A stretch of 64,000 nt of DNA from Planctomycetota bacterium (GTDB lineage: Bacteria > Planctomycetota > UBA8742 > UBA2392), in contig JAHBXZ010000001.1 of the NCBI GenBank assembly GCA_019636215.1, forward strand, positions 69,694 to 133,693. Direction: 5' to 3'. The position numbers were made by a program, and so were the translations under genes. The notes beneath the pieces are model-generated. The model searched no databases. It was not told the origin of the DNA and saw only the letters and a program-made list of their open reading frames with translations. Numbering within the stretch: position 1 is the stretch's first letter; each line of letters opens with the position of its first letter. Below, piece by piece: positions 55,246 through 64,000 of this stretch.

Positions 55246-55355
55246 GTCCACCTCGCAGCGGCATAGCTTACCAGTCCCCGCGCTTGGCGCCGTGGCGAAG
55301 GGCCGCACCGGAGCGCGGTTGATCTGCCCGCAATCGGCGTGGCAACTTCGAGGAC

Positions 55356-57437
55356 CTACCGGCGCATGTCTTCCAGGAACTCGGACTCCGGCTTCACGCC
55401 GGTGACTATCAGCCGGTCACGGGCGCGTGTGCAGGCGACGTACAACAGGTGCCGCTCGGTCTCGTATGCATCCCGCAAGTCGGCCTCATCGCCCACGTCC
55501 GAGATTCGCTCCTGTAACGGCACCACTTCATCATCACACGCCATGACCGCCACAGCCCTGAACTCCAAGCCTTTAGCAAGCTGCATGGTCGAGATGGACA
55601 CGGCGTCGTCAGGCGCATGCGCCTTGTCGTCGAGAACCCTAAACCCAAGGCCTGAACCGTTCACGGCTGCTCTCGCCCGCGGCAACTGTGCCTCGGACCT
55701 CACAAATACCGCGCACTCCTGCAGCTGCATGCCCTCAGAAACCCTTTCCTTCAGCCATTCCGCGACGCTTGCACTCTCGTCCTGTGCGGTCGCAAAGACC
55801 CGCAAGTCCGGGGCTGGCCCGTTGAACACGGAAACCGTGTCACTACGTTCTTCAACGTTGCCGTCAGCGTCTGCCACGGAACGCGCTAGCAACCTGTCGG
55901 CCTGGGACCGTATCTGGTGCGAAGTTCGATAGTTGACGCGAAGGCCGCGCGACCGTCCACGAATGTCGACGCCGAGCGCCCTCCACGAAAACGGCTGCTG
56001 GAAGATGCGCTGGCCCTGGTCACCGGCGAAGAACAGCGCGTTGCCTCCACTTGGTGCAAGGCTGGCCAGAAAGCGCAGATGCGGCACGCCCAAATCCTGC
56101 GCCTCGTCCACAACTACATGGTCAAAGGCCGGCCGTTTGTCATTGCGCAGCGCCGCCGACAGTGCCGCAAACACCTCGGCCTGCGTCTTCAAACCACGGG
56201 TGGCCAATTCCTTCCTTGCCGCATCAAAGATTTGCCAGATTGCCTGGCGACGAGCCTCCGGCAGCCGGGTCTTGCGACCCAGGCGCGCCAAGTCGCGGAA
56301 CTGCTCCCAGGATTGGACCTGCCACGGGTCGACAACGTGTTCCCACTCGGCCCACAAGAACTGGTTAGTAATGCCAGTCAGACCGGTCGCCTTGGCCGAC
56401 TCAGCCAGCAGCTGTCGAACAATCTCTGCCGGCGCGATGCTGACCGGCCCCACTTTGGCTTTGTGCAAACGATTGGCGATCACTGGCAGCGAGAACACAT
56501 CAATGCGCTCGCCCAGCATGGGTTCCGCAGCCAACAGACGCTTGAGTTTGGCAAACAGCGACTCCGCCAGAACGTCGTTGAAAGTGGTCAGCAGCACGCG
56601 GGCATCAGGATTTCGGCGTGCCAGGTGCACTGCACGGTGCAGGGCGACTATGGTTTTGCCTGTACCGGCCGACCCGGCGACACGCGCTGGACCGTTGAAG
56701 TCCCGCTCTACCAGTTGCCGCTGCTCGGGGTGCAGAAAGACGGTCCACTTGTCCCAAGGATAATCCAGCGCGGCCTGCAGCTCGTCAGCGTTCTTGAGGG
56801 TCCTGAAGCGGCGCTGGGCGTCGGGGTGGTCAAACGGCGTGGGCGTAGTGGTTGCCACAGGCACTGGCTGCGGCTTGCCACCCGTGGCGAGCTCCAGCAG
56901 GGCTTCGGCGGCCTCGGCCGGTAGGTGTTCTGCCAGCACTAGAAGCGAGGTTTCGGTAGCTTTCTTGACGTCGGGCAGCCATTCAGACGGCACGCCGTAG
57001 CCCAGCAGCGCAGCGTCATCCATGTCCTCGAACAACCGGGACTCTGCCTTCGCAGGGTTTGCTGGTTCGGGCGCCGACACATAGACCGGCACCACAATCT
57101 CTTTGAAAGTTTCACGGATCTCGACCAGCTGCGCCGCCCCGGTGGCGGGATGAGTTTCCAGCTTGCGGCGTTCGGCCCAGCCGTAGGCCTTGTCGTGATG
57201 GTCCACATAGCACAGCAGCATGCTGCCGCCCGTTTTGTGGACGATCAGCCGGATGTCGGCGTTCACACGCACCGACCAGAAGTTCTTGTCCTTGGCCTTG
57301 TCCAGCTTGTGGAAGCTGAGCCCCGGGCTGGCGGGGTTCATCTGCAGGTCAAACGCTGTGGTCTTGACGGCCTTCTGCTCGTCGCCCGTGAGGCGCGCTA
57401 GGCTGTCCGTGAAGGTGTCGGCGATGCGGAAGTCCAT
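55356..57437 (-). CDS. UvrD-like SF1 helicase with N-terminal RelE/ParE-like domain
   Basis: N-terminal ~90 aa (LQMNPASPGLSFHKL...NFWSVRVNADIRLIVHKTGG...) resembles the RelE/ParE fold consensus. Then Walker A GSAGTGKT, VVDEAQD, and the C-terminal LYVACTRARDRLIV. Confidence 0.7.
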   Translation of the reverse strand: MDFRIADTFTDSLARLTGDEQKAVKTTAFDLQMNPASPGLSFHKLDKAKDKNFWSVRVNADIRLIVHKTGGSMLLCYVDHHDKAYGWAERRKLETHPATGAAQLVEIRETFKEIVVPVYVSAPEPANPAKAESRLFEDMDDAALLGYGVPSEWLPDVKKATETSLLVLAEHLPAEAAEALLELATGGKPQPVPVATTTPTPFDHPDAQRRFRTLKNADELQAALDYPWDKWTVFLHPEQRQLVERDFNGPARVAGSAGTGKTIVALHRAVHLARRNPDARVLLTTFNDVLAESLFAKLKRLLAAEPMLGERIDVFSLPVIANRLHKAKVGPVSIAPAEIVRQLLAESAKATGLTGITNQFLWAEWEHVVDPWQVQSWEQFRDLARLGRKTRLPEARRQAIWQIFDAARKELATRGLKTQAEVFAALSAALRNDKRPAFDHVVVDEAQDLGVPHLRFLASLAPSGGNALFFAGDQGQRIFQQPFSWRALGVDIRGRSRGLRVNYRTSHQIRSQADRLLARSVADADGNVEERSDTVSVFNGPAPDLRVFATAQDESASVAEWLKERVSEGMQLQECAVFVRSEAQLPRARAAVNGSGLGFRVLDDKAHAPDDAVSISTMQLAKGLEFRAVAVMACDDEVVPLQERISDVGDEADLRDAYETERHLLYVACTRARDRLIVTGVKPESEFLEDMRR

Positions 57438-57441
57438 AGGC

Positions 57442-59559
57442 CTATTTCCCGCCACGGAAGGGCCGCGCCTCCAGCCCCATTTCCGCAAGGTAGGTCGACG
57501 GAAGTCCAGCTTCGCCAAGAATGGTGTCACTGGTTAGCAAGATCAGGCGCTTTCGTGCACGCGTGAACGCAACGTAGAAAACCCGACGTTCCTGTTCCAG
57601 TTGATCGGCTGTGGTCGCCAATTTGCTTGGCCACACACCCTCATTGACGTCCAGAAGGATAACTGCGTCAAACTCCTTGCCCTTGGCACGCAGCGCCGTC
57701 ATCAGGTGCAGCGGAAGTTTCCACTCAGGCTCGCGGTTTGCATCATCTTCTTCATCGCCGGGTACTCTTGCCAGCGTCGCAATTGCCTTGTCCAGATCGT
57801 CGTAGAAAGCCCCATAGTCATTCCCGTAGCGCTCGGCGAACTCCGCAAGGTGGGCGAAGGGCGGATCCGTATAGAACACGTCTTCCAGCGACTTGCCGTA
57901 GTCTTTGCGTAATCCGTCAAAGTTGTCGCTGATCGCGTCGATGGATTCAGCCACGGTGGAAGCTTTGATCAGCGCACTGATCGCGTCCGCAAACTCTTGG
58001 GACCGCGACGCATCGTCATTCGACCCCTTCAGCGTACCGCGGTACCTGCGCATGCAATCCACACAGGCCGCCAGTGTCTTGGGCCGGTCGTTTTGCAGGT
58101 GCTTGTGCAGCCCGGCCCGGTCGGCCTTACTGAGGGGGAATCGACGCACTTTATCCACCAGCTTTAACAGGTCTTGAATCGGATCGAGCCCAGGCACGGA
58201 GCTCAGGCCCGCCCGCGCCTTGACCCCCAGCATGAACTTTAAGTCGCCAAAGGCCTCGCTGAGAAACACCTGCAGGTCTTCGGCCGCGTAGAAGGGAATG
58301 TTGTGGCTGGCCAGCACTATCTGGTACGGGATAATCTGCCCGCGCTTTCGGCCGAGTATGGCAACTTTCTTGATTTCCTTGTCGCTCAGCATGGCGCGCA
58401 CCTCTCGCACCACATAGTCAATGCTGTCCGCCAGCGACGGCATCAGGTGGCATTCCAGCCGCGCGTCCGCAGTCGACGCTGAGATCACTTTCTTGTCTAC
58501 GCGCCGCAGGTTGTTCTTGATCAGCCTTCGCGCGTGTTCCACCACATTCTTGGGTGACCGGTAGTTCCGCGATAGCACATGCGTCGCGTATTTTCCGCCG
58601 ATGTATTCATCCGGCGAAAGCACGAACTGCGGGCTGGCGCCGCGCCACTCGTAAATGGCTTGGTCGTCGTCGCCGATGATGGTCAGCTCTGTCTTGTTGG
58701 CTTTGGCAATGGACTGCAGCAGCCGCAGGTCGAGGCAGTTCACGTCCTGGAACTCATCCACAAGGATGTGTTCATACCGGTGCATGCCGGTCGTGAACTT
58801 TCCTTCTGCGACAGCCTCTTCAAGGTCCAGCCATGCCCAGTACTTCTGGTCTTCAAAGGTAATCATGGCCATCTGGTACAGCCTGACGGTCGCGTCCCGC
58901 CAGAACCGCAGAAAGCCCTTCTCCCAGTCCTCGCGCAGGTTGCCGACGCGCGTGTCAATGATTTCCAGGTCAGCCAATGTCTGAAACAGGCCCGTCAGGT
59001 ACGAGGTCAGGCCGGCGCGCATCAGCCACTTGGCGTGTTCATTGAACGTGTCCGACTTCGCGTGAATGTCGTGGCGGAAGCCCAGGGATTTCAGGCCGTC
59101 CATCACTGCCATTACGGCCTTTGCCGTGCGATTGCGCGACTTGTTTTGCGTCAGCAGCTCATCCAGCTTCTTGTGCTTGCTCCAGATCGGCTGAAGGTTG
59201 TTGTGTACTGCAAAGAAGATGTCGCTGCTGCCTTTCAGCAGCCTTAGATTGTGGCTGCGGGACTTAAGGCGACGAAATCCCCACGCGTTCAGGGTGGTAA
59301 CTTCTACTGACCCGGCAATGGGCCGAAACTCAGGTGTATTTTTCAGCCGGTCGCGAAGTTCCTCGGAGGCCGGCCTTGTGAACGTAAAGATCAGGAAGCG
59401 CGGCTTGGTCTTTTCGGCCACTTCCCACTGGTGCACGCAACGCCAAAGCAGCGAGTGCGTCTTGCCGGAACCGGCCGGCGCCAGCAAACGGATCGCCTTG
59501 CGTTCGTCTTTGGCGAACGGAAGCTGAAATTCGTCCAGTGCGCTTTCAATCGGCATCAT
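57442..59559 (-). CDS. UvrD/PcrA-like SF1 DNA helicase
   Basis: LAPAGSGKTHSL Walker A. ILVDEFQDVN motif II. LTIIGDDDQAIYEWRGA motif III. FYVAFTRARKRLIL motif VI. ATG at 59559 preferred over GTG 59601. Confidence 0.75.
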   Translation of the reverse strand: MMPIESALDEFQLPFAKDERKAIRLLAPAGSGKTHSLLWRCVHQWEVAEKTKPRFLIFTFTRPASEELRDRLKNTPEFRPIAGSVEVTTLNAWGFRRLKSRSHNLRLLKGSSDIFFAVHNNLQPIWSKHKKLDELLTQNKSRNRTAKAVMAVMDGLKSLGFRHDIHAKSDTFNEHAKWLMRAGLTSYLTGLFQTLADLEIIDTRVGNLREDWEKGFLRFWRDATVRLYQMAMITFEDQKYWAWLDLEEAVAEGKFTTGMHRYEHILVDEFQDVNCLDLRLLQSIAKANKTELTIIGDDDQAIYEWRGASPQFVLSPDEYIGGKYATHVLSRNYRSPKNVVEHARRLIKNNLRRVDKKVISASTADARLECHLMPSLADSIDYVVREVRAMLSDKEIKKVAILGRKRGQIIPYQIVLASHNIPFYAAEDLQVFLSEAFGDLKFMLGVKARAGLSSVPGLDPIQDLLKLVDKVRRFPLSKADRAGLHKHLQNDRPKTLAACVDCMRRYRGTLKGSNDDASRSQEFADAISALIKASTVAESIDAISDNFDGLRKDYGKSLEDVFYTDPPFAHLAEFAERYGNDYGAFYDDLDKAIATLARVPGDEEDDANREPEWKLPLHLMTALRAKGKEFDAVILLDVNEGVWPSKLATTADQLEQERRVFYVAFTRARKRLILLTSDTILGEAGLPSTYLAEMGLEARPFRGGK

Positions 59560-59637
59560 TAGCCCCTTGGAAACCACCGCCCATAATTCTGCATGCACCA
59601 CAACCGTGGTCGGACGCGGTTGGTCTGCACGACTGGG

Positions 59638-60051
59638 TCAGCCTTCGCGAAGCAAGAGCTCACTCTGACTGGCAAGCGCTGCAGCCATTTCTTTCTGTTT
59701 GGCCTTGTGCAGGTCGGTGTCCCAGGGCCAGCCACGGATTGCGGCATGGCGGTCTGGGGGCTCGCTGGCCTCGACGATCAATCCTGCTTCTTGAACGGCA
59801 GCTGGTTTGAACATCGCCGCACCGTGAAGCGTTCGCGCCCCCGCCGCATGAAACCCAAGTGCCCAGAGCCCTTCCAGCGGTGTTTTCCCATGGCGCGAAA
59901 TCGAGCTTTCACGTTGTTTCGGGTCGGGATTCGGTAGAAACGCGGGCGGCTTCACCATCGTGGTGTTGTAGTGCCTGTCCGAAAACAGAAACCGTGCCAG
60001 GTCTTCGTCGCCGCCGATGGCTTCAGGCAGCCCGGAGGGAAGTGGTGCCAT
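59638..60051 (-). CDS. hypothetical protein
   Basis: 137-aa ORF. No motif recognised. Confidence 0.3.
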   Translation of the reverse strand: MAPLPSGLPEAIGGDEDLARFLFSDRHYNTTMVKPPAFLPNPDPKQRESSISRHGKTPLEGLWALGFHAAGARTLHGAAMFKPAAVQEAGLIVEASEPPDRHAAIRGWPWDTDLHKAKQKEMAAALASQSELLLREG

Positions 60052-60559
60052 CGCCGACGATCTCCCTGATTGCTGTCAGAATTCGGCTAGGCACATTGCG
60101 GCCGTCGAAGTAAGCAACGGCGTGGCCCCTATCTGTCCCGTCCAGCCATGCATAGGCCAGGCGGTTGCCGGCACCAATGCTCAGCGAAAGCAGACGGGTG
60201 CGTGACACGATCCAGTCCAGCGATACTGAACCGTCGGGCTCAGGCGCGAACTCGGGCAGTGGCAGGTCGTCGGGCAGCGCACGAACGAAAGCACGTGCGC
60301 GGTCAGCGGCCGCAGGGTCAATCGGAAGCGCGCCGCCTGCGCCCCAGCTTTCTTCCGCACTTTCCGCAACAACCGCATCCAGCTCGACGAGTGCCTCGGC
60401 CTTGCGGCCGAACAGCGCCTGCGAATTCTCCAGGTGCCTCTGCACTTTCTCGGCTGCGGAATGAACTGCCTGGGCATCTGACGACACGGCGCTTGCCGCC
60501 TGCATCGGCAAGCAGCCCAAGCCCACGCACAATCCTAATGTTGAAAGAGGTTTATGCAT
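60023..60559 (-). CDS. secreted hypothetical protein
   Basis: Internal ATG at 60559 gives the signal peptide MHKPLSTLGLCVGLGCLPMQAASA. Confidence 0.35.
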   Translation of the reverse strand: MHKPLSTLGLCVGLGCLPMQAASAVSSDAQAVHSAAEKVQRHLENSQALFGRKAEALVELDAVVAESAEESWGAGGALPIDPAAADRARAFVRALPDDLPLPEFAPEPDGSVSLDWIVSRTRLLSLSIGAGNRLAYAWLDGTDRGHAVAYFDGRNVPSRILTAIREIVGDGTTSLRAA

Positions 60560-61290
60560 TCCGGCCTCACCACGTTGAAGAATACGCGGTTTTTCAGCTT
60601 CCGCAACGCCTGAAGCTTGGCGTGAAGACCTGCCCAATCGCCCGGCTGCAGTTCAACCCTTGAACCAACACAGTTGTCGAGGATGACCGGCAGCCCACCC
60701 TCTTCCGGCGGCTGTGAAGTCATCACCAGCATCAGGTCGTGGCCCGTTTCTGGCTCAACGGCTGCATACTGGTTGAGGAAACCAGACATCTTCAGCTTGT
60801 CGTCAGGCAGTTGTGGGCTCAGGTTCAGGTACTCGGCCAAGTTCAGCCCCGCGTCCGGAATCGGCAGCAGCATGCGGTTGATGTACCGCAAACGAACCAC
60901 CCGCACCTGCACCGGGGCAGCAAGCTTGCAGAAGCTGTTCCACGCGGCCTGGATCGCCGGCAAGTAGTCATCCAGCGTGCTGTAGGGCGCAAGTCGGTTG
61001 AACGAAAAACCGACATCGCGCACCTGAACCAACTGCTTGCCATCCTGGCTCATGCACTGCAACGCCTGCAGCCGATGATTGGCACTGTGCTTGGTGACAG
61101 CGTCCTTGTCGGCCAGGAACTGGTACTCGTGGGCGGTCCGCCTCTGCAGCTTTGGGTACTCAGCTCCGTACTGGGCGCGCACCGCGCCTTCCAATGCCGC
61201 CAAGTCAAGGCCGGTTGGCATATCGCAATCAAAGTCCACCACCGCTTCCACGATGGGGGCCTTGGCCAGCCTGGGGTACACATTGCTCAT
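60535..61290 (-). CDS. TIGR04255-like hypothetical protein
   Basis: The N-terminus MSNVYPRLAKAPIVEAVVDFDCD resembles the M..Y.NAP.VE..F...F opening of TIGR04255 proteins. 251 aa. Confidence 0.45.
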   Translation of the reverse strand: MSNVYPRLAKAPIVEAVVDFDCDMPTGLDLAALEGAVRAQYGAEYPKLQRRTAHEYQFLADKDAVTKHSANHRLQALQCMSQDGKQLVQVRDVGFSFNRLAPYSTLDDYLPAIQAAWNSFCKLAAPVQVRVVRLRYINRMLLPIPDAGLNLAEYLNLSPQLPDDKLKMSGFLNQYAAVEPETGHDLMLVMTSQPPEEGGLPVILDNCVGSRVELQPGDWAGLHAKLQALRKLKNRVFFNVVRPECINLFQH

Positions 61291-61335
61291 GTTGCATCCA
61301 CGGATACCACAGGTTCTACTCTTTGCACAGCCTTG

Positions 61336-62178
61336 CTACCTCGTCGCATTTCGGCCGGGCGACGCACTTCGGATTGCCGGCAAAAGCCCCTCTTCGTGCC
61401 GCCAAAAGTCCTCGGCGGTCCGACCAACCTGGGAGCACACGTAGTCGGGCGGCACGAGCACCTTGCCGATGATTCTTGAAGCCGGAATCACGCTTGAGGT
61501 GCGTATGCCCATTGAGCCGCAGTACCCAAGGGACGCTACGTCTTCCGAGCACACGCGCAGCGCATACACCACACCGGGATGGTCAGCAGTGCCCAACTTT
61601 TCCACCATTTCCCGTACATCGCTGAGTGCGGACAGTTCTGCGGAAAGCCAGTTCAGGTCCACGTCCTTGACTTCGACCAACGATGCTGGGTGTGCGCCCA
61701 ATCGCTCCAACTCCTGGCGTTCAGCGTGGTGGTAGTCCACGCGCTCCTGACGGAACTGGGGGTCTGCCATAAGAAGATCCAGGTCGGCCAATGCACGTCG
61801 AAGCGCGCGTACCTTCTCGCCGCCGGCGAAATCGCGAGACGCGTACAGCAAGGCCCTCATGCTGGTTTCCGCAAAGAAGATCGGGCTCGTGTCGCCGTGC
61901 CTGAAGTCAGATTCCAACGAAAACGGTTTGAGTACCGCGAATCCGCCGGTGTCCCGGCCGGCCCATCGCAACTTTTGGTAAATCGCCACCACCCGACGAA
62001 CATCCTCTACCCTGACTGCAGTGCGTTTAGGGTCGAAACCATGCTGCTCAATGGAGGCCGCATGGCCTGCTGACGTCCCGTGGAAAATCACCCACCCGTC
62101 CCGTTCGATGGCTACCGGGAACAACATCCGGCCTTTCTGGATTCGATCGGCCTCGAACTGGAAGACGGGAATCCCCAT
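61336..62178 (-). CDS. hypothetical protein
   Basis: 280-aa ORF. No motif recognised. Confidence 0.35.
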   Translation of the reverse strand: MGIPVFQFEADRIQKGRMLFPVAIERDGWVIFHGTSAGHAASIEQHGFDPKRTAVRVEDVRRVVAIYQKLRWAGRDTGGFAVLKPFSLESDFRHGDTSPIFFAETSMRALLYASRDFAGGEKVRALRRALADLDLLMADPQFRQERVDYHHAERQELERLGAHPASLVEVKDVDLNWLSAELSALSDVREMVEKLGTADHPGVVYALRVCSEDVASLGYCGSMGIRTSSVIPASRIIGKVLVPPDYVCSQVGRTAEDFWRHEEGLLPAIRSASPGRNATR

Positions 62179-62186
62179 GGCTGCCC

Positions 62187-64000
62187 CTACACCCTGAACA
62201 CTTTCATTACTTCGTCGCCCAGGTGGTTGATGACCTTGATGGCGATGCGGCCGTTCTTGGGGCGGTCGAAGGGCCTTGAGATGTCGCTTTTCAGCGTTTC
62301 CCAGGCCTCGGCGTTGATCTCAGCCTTCAGTGTGGTCTTGAGCGCCTTGTAGGGGTCGTTCGCGCCCAGGAAGTAGGCGTGGCGCACAAAGAAGCTTTCT
62401 TCGTTGTAGTCCGTGTCCACAAACCAGCAGGCTATGCCGTCGGCGTCGTCGCTGATCACTTCGCCCGTCTGGGGCCGGAACACGTCCACGCCCCACACTT
62501 CGACAAAGAACTTGCCTGCCGGCGCGCCTGCTGCCCAGGCCTCGAATCGTTCGTACTTCTCGCGCTCTCGCTGCAGGTTGGCCTTGCGGCGTTTGGCTTC
62601 ATCGGTGTCGGCCTTCTTCAGTTCGGCCAGTTCCGTATCGATGGCCGCCACGCGGTCCTTGCGGCGGGTCAGTTCTTTCTTCAGGGAGTCGCTGCCGCAT
62701 TCGTGAATGCGCACGTCGGGCTCGCCGAAGATCACAAACAGGTTGCCCTTGCCGGTGTTCTTGAGGTTTTCGGCCATGTGCAGGTCGGCGTTCATGCGCG
62801 CTTTCAGCACCGGCACCCGGCCCAGCTTGCTGAACTCCGTGGCGTGGGCCTCGTAGTTGAAGGCGCAGGCAACCAGCACGTCAAAATCGGCCTCGCCGGC
62901 TTCACGCGCGGCCGCGGCAAGTTCGGTGCGCTGCACGGTGCCGAACTCGGGGCCGACGAAAATGCCGGCGCGGCGCTCGGTGTCGCCTTCCATGTAGCGG
63001 CCTTCGGCGCATACGTATTCACCGGGCCAGGGGGCGATGCTGGCGAAGCTGATGCGGTCTTCCCTGTGGGCCTGCTGAACCCCGGCGGTCTTGAGGTTGT
63101 CCAAGATCATCTGGGCGAAGCTTTGTTTGCCGCCACTGTCGGCGTGGGCCTTCTGCAGCGGGTCCACCAGTTCGTCGTTTTCGTCCACCGTAAGGGCGCG
63201 GTGTGGACTGAGGCTTTCGACGGTGAACGGCCCGGCGACACGAACCTTCGTCTTGTCGGCGTAAGGCTTGTCGTAGAGGTATTCGTAGTCGGCCTTGGCT
63301 TCGATGCTGTCGTCAATGTCCTTCTGGCGGGCGATGCGGCCTTCCCACCACTGGGCGTGAAGCTTCTTGGCCGCGTCGGGCCACTTGGACTCGGGGTCGC
63401 GTGGGATTTCCCATTCCTGCCAGTTCTGCTTGAGGGCGGTGTTCAGCTGCTGGCGCAGGGGCTCCAGCGTCTGCTGCCACTTTTCGTAGAAGACGTCAAT
63501 CTCGGCGTTGTTGGCAATGGATTTCAATGTGATGTGGCGGACACGTTCGTAGACAAAGCCTTGGCGGATATTGCCCTGTGTGGGCTGGTTACTGGGTGTC
63601 TTGCCTGTGACTTCGGCTTCCTTGAGCTGGCCCTCGCGGGAATCGGCCAGCAGGTAGAATGGGTAGCGCGCGCCCATGATGCGGGCGCGGGCCAGCGCCA
63701 GCGCCACGCGCGAGGTGTCAATCGTGATCCAGCGGCGGCCCCATTGCTCTGCGACTGTAGCGGTGGTGCCGGAACCGCAGGTCGGGTCCAGTACGAGGTC
63801 GCCGGGATCGGTGGTCATAAGTAGACAACGCTGCACAACATCGTCTTCCGTCTCCACGATGTACTGCTTTTTTCCACCAAATCCTGATGGACGAAGATCG
63901 AGCCACGAAGTGTTCACGGGGCTCCGTCGATTCTCGTCACGATAGTTTTTCCAGAGCAGGCTTTTGCCGACCGAGTACAGGTAGCCAGCGTTGTTGACTC
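62187..64000 (-). CDS. beta-class (N6-adenine/N4-cytosine) DNA methyltransferase with ~450-aa C-terminal extension, 5' end beyond the window
   Basis: LVLDPTCGSGTTATVAEQWGRRWITIDTSR is motif I (FxGxG plus the acidic loop) placed C-terminally, as in N6_N4_Mtase enzymes. The reading frame stays open to position 64000. Confidence 0.65.
   Translation of the reverse strand, partial: VNNAGYLYSVGKSLLWKNYRDENRRSPVNTSWLDLRPSGFGGKKQYIVETEDDVVQRCLLMTTDPGDLVLDPTCGSGTTATVAEQWGRRWITIDTSRVALALARARIMGARYPFYLLADSREGQLKEAEVTGKTPSNQPTQGNIRQGFVYERVRHITLKSIANNAEIDVFYEKWQQTLEPLRQQLNTALKQNWQEWEIPRDPESKWPDAAKKLHAQWWEGRIARQKDIDDSIEAKADYEYLYDKPYADKTKVRVAGPFTVESLSPHRALTVDENDELVDPLQKAHADSGGKQSFAQMILDNLKTAGVQQAHREDRISFASIAPWPGEYVCAEGRYMEGDTERRAGIFVGPEFGTVQRTELAAAAREAGEADFDVLVACAFNYEAHATEFSKLGRVPVLKARMNADLHMAENLKNTGKGNLFVIFGEPDVRIHECGSDSLKKELTRRKDRVAAIDTELAELKKADTDEAKRRKANLQREREKYERFEAWAAGAPAGKFFVEVWGVDVFRPQTGEVISDDADGIACWFVDTDYNEESFFVRHAYFLGANDPYKALKTTLKAEINAEAWETLKSDISRPFDRPKNGRIAIKVINHLGDEVMKVFRV

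Noticed and set aside
1-64000. CRISPR arrays or short tandem repeat arrays
   Set aside because: No regularly spaced short direct repeats were seen. The only repeats are the 720-bp rhs duplication, the 126-bp flanking repeats and the protein-level choice-of-anchor-D repeats.

Overview
The window is about 64 kb of high-GC (roughly 65-68%) bacterial chromosome with dense coding on both strands. The large secreted protein at 24354-27806 ends in a Gly-Gly-Cys / hydrophobic / RRRR tail resembling MYXO-CTERM and carries a GEVED domain, which suggests a myxobacterium-like host; this is inference only.

Layout:
(1) 0-17.6 kb: housekeeping and secreted proteins, including pterin dehydratase, LmbE-like deacetylase, BtuF-like binding protein, an FGE-sulfatase/thioredoxin-like fusion, a tandem YbjQ pair, DppA, a split YeeE/YedE pair, MmcQ, a GNAT acetyltransferase and Fhs. 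One low-GC singleton here is a DUF4145 gene.
(2) 17.8-21 kb: an Rhs/YD-type polymorphic toxin whose C-terminal tip carries an HExxH motif (possible metallopeptidase-type toxin), followed by a small lipoprotein (candidate immunity gene) and a ~720-bp duplicated orphan copy of the rhs core.
(3) 21.1-22.7 kb: a thioredoxin-like lipoprotein interrupted by a single in-frame TGA. The TGA aligns with the redox cysteine of a paralogous domain and is followed by a hairpin. It is either a selenoprotein or a pseudogene.
(4) 22.8-29.4 kb: an HTH-TPR regulator transcribed divergently from a 1150-aa surface protein (GEVED, three choice-of-anchor-D repeats, MYXO-CTERM-like tail), and a beta-helix protein.
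(5) 29.4-36.1 kb: a lower-GC islet with dcm-vsr, a coupled small ORF, a MORC/MutL-like GHKL ATPase and two unknown coupled genes. I read this as a candidate ATPase-containing RM-like module. It is followed by decayed gene fragments and tRNA-Gly(CCC).
(6) 36.3-41.6 kb: mobile-element-like genes (HUH rolling-circle Rep, Cas4/RecB-like nuclease, beta-clamp-like protein).
(7) 41.7-49.4 kb: a CusCBA-type heavy-metal RND efflux operon with YHS and His-rich accessory genes, flanked exactly by 126-bp direct repeats. Each repeat carries two hairpins, an RBS and a 19-codon start segment.
(8) 50.6-64 kb: a 13-gene co-directional cluster with a beta-class DNA methyltransferase (5' end off-window), two UvrD-like helicases (one with a RelE/ParE-like N-terminus), a GIY-YIG nuclease, a DUF932-like protein, a zinc ribbon, and a second GHKL ATPase coupled to a 69-aa protein. 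This is the best candidate in the window for an undescribed multi-gene defence system.

All assignments rest on motif and domain recognition by eye from the translated ORFs. No database search was possible.
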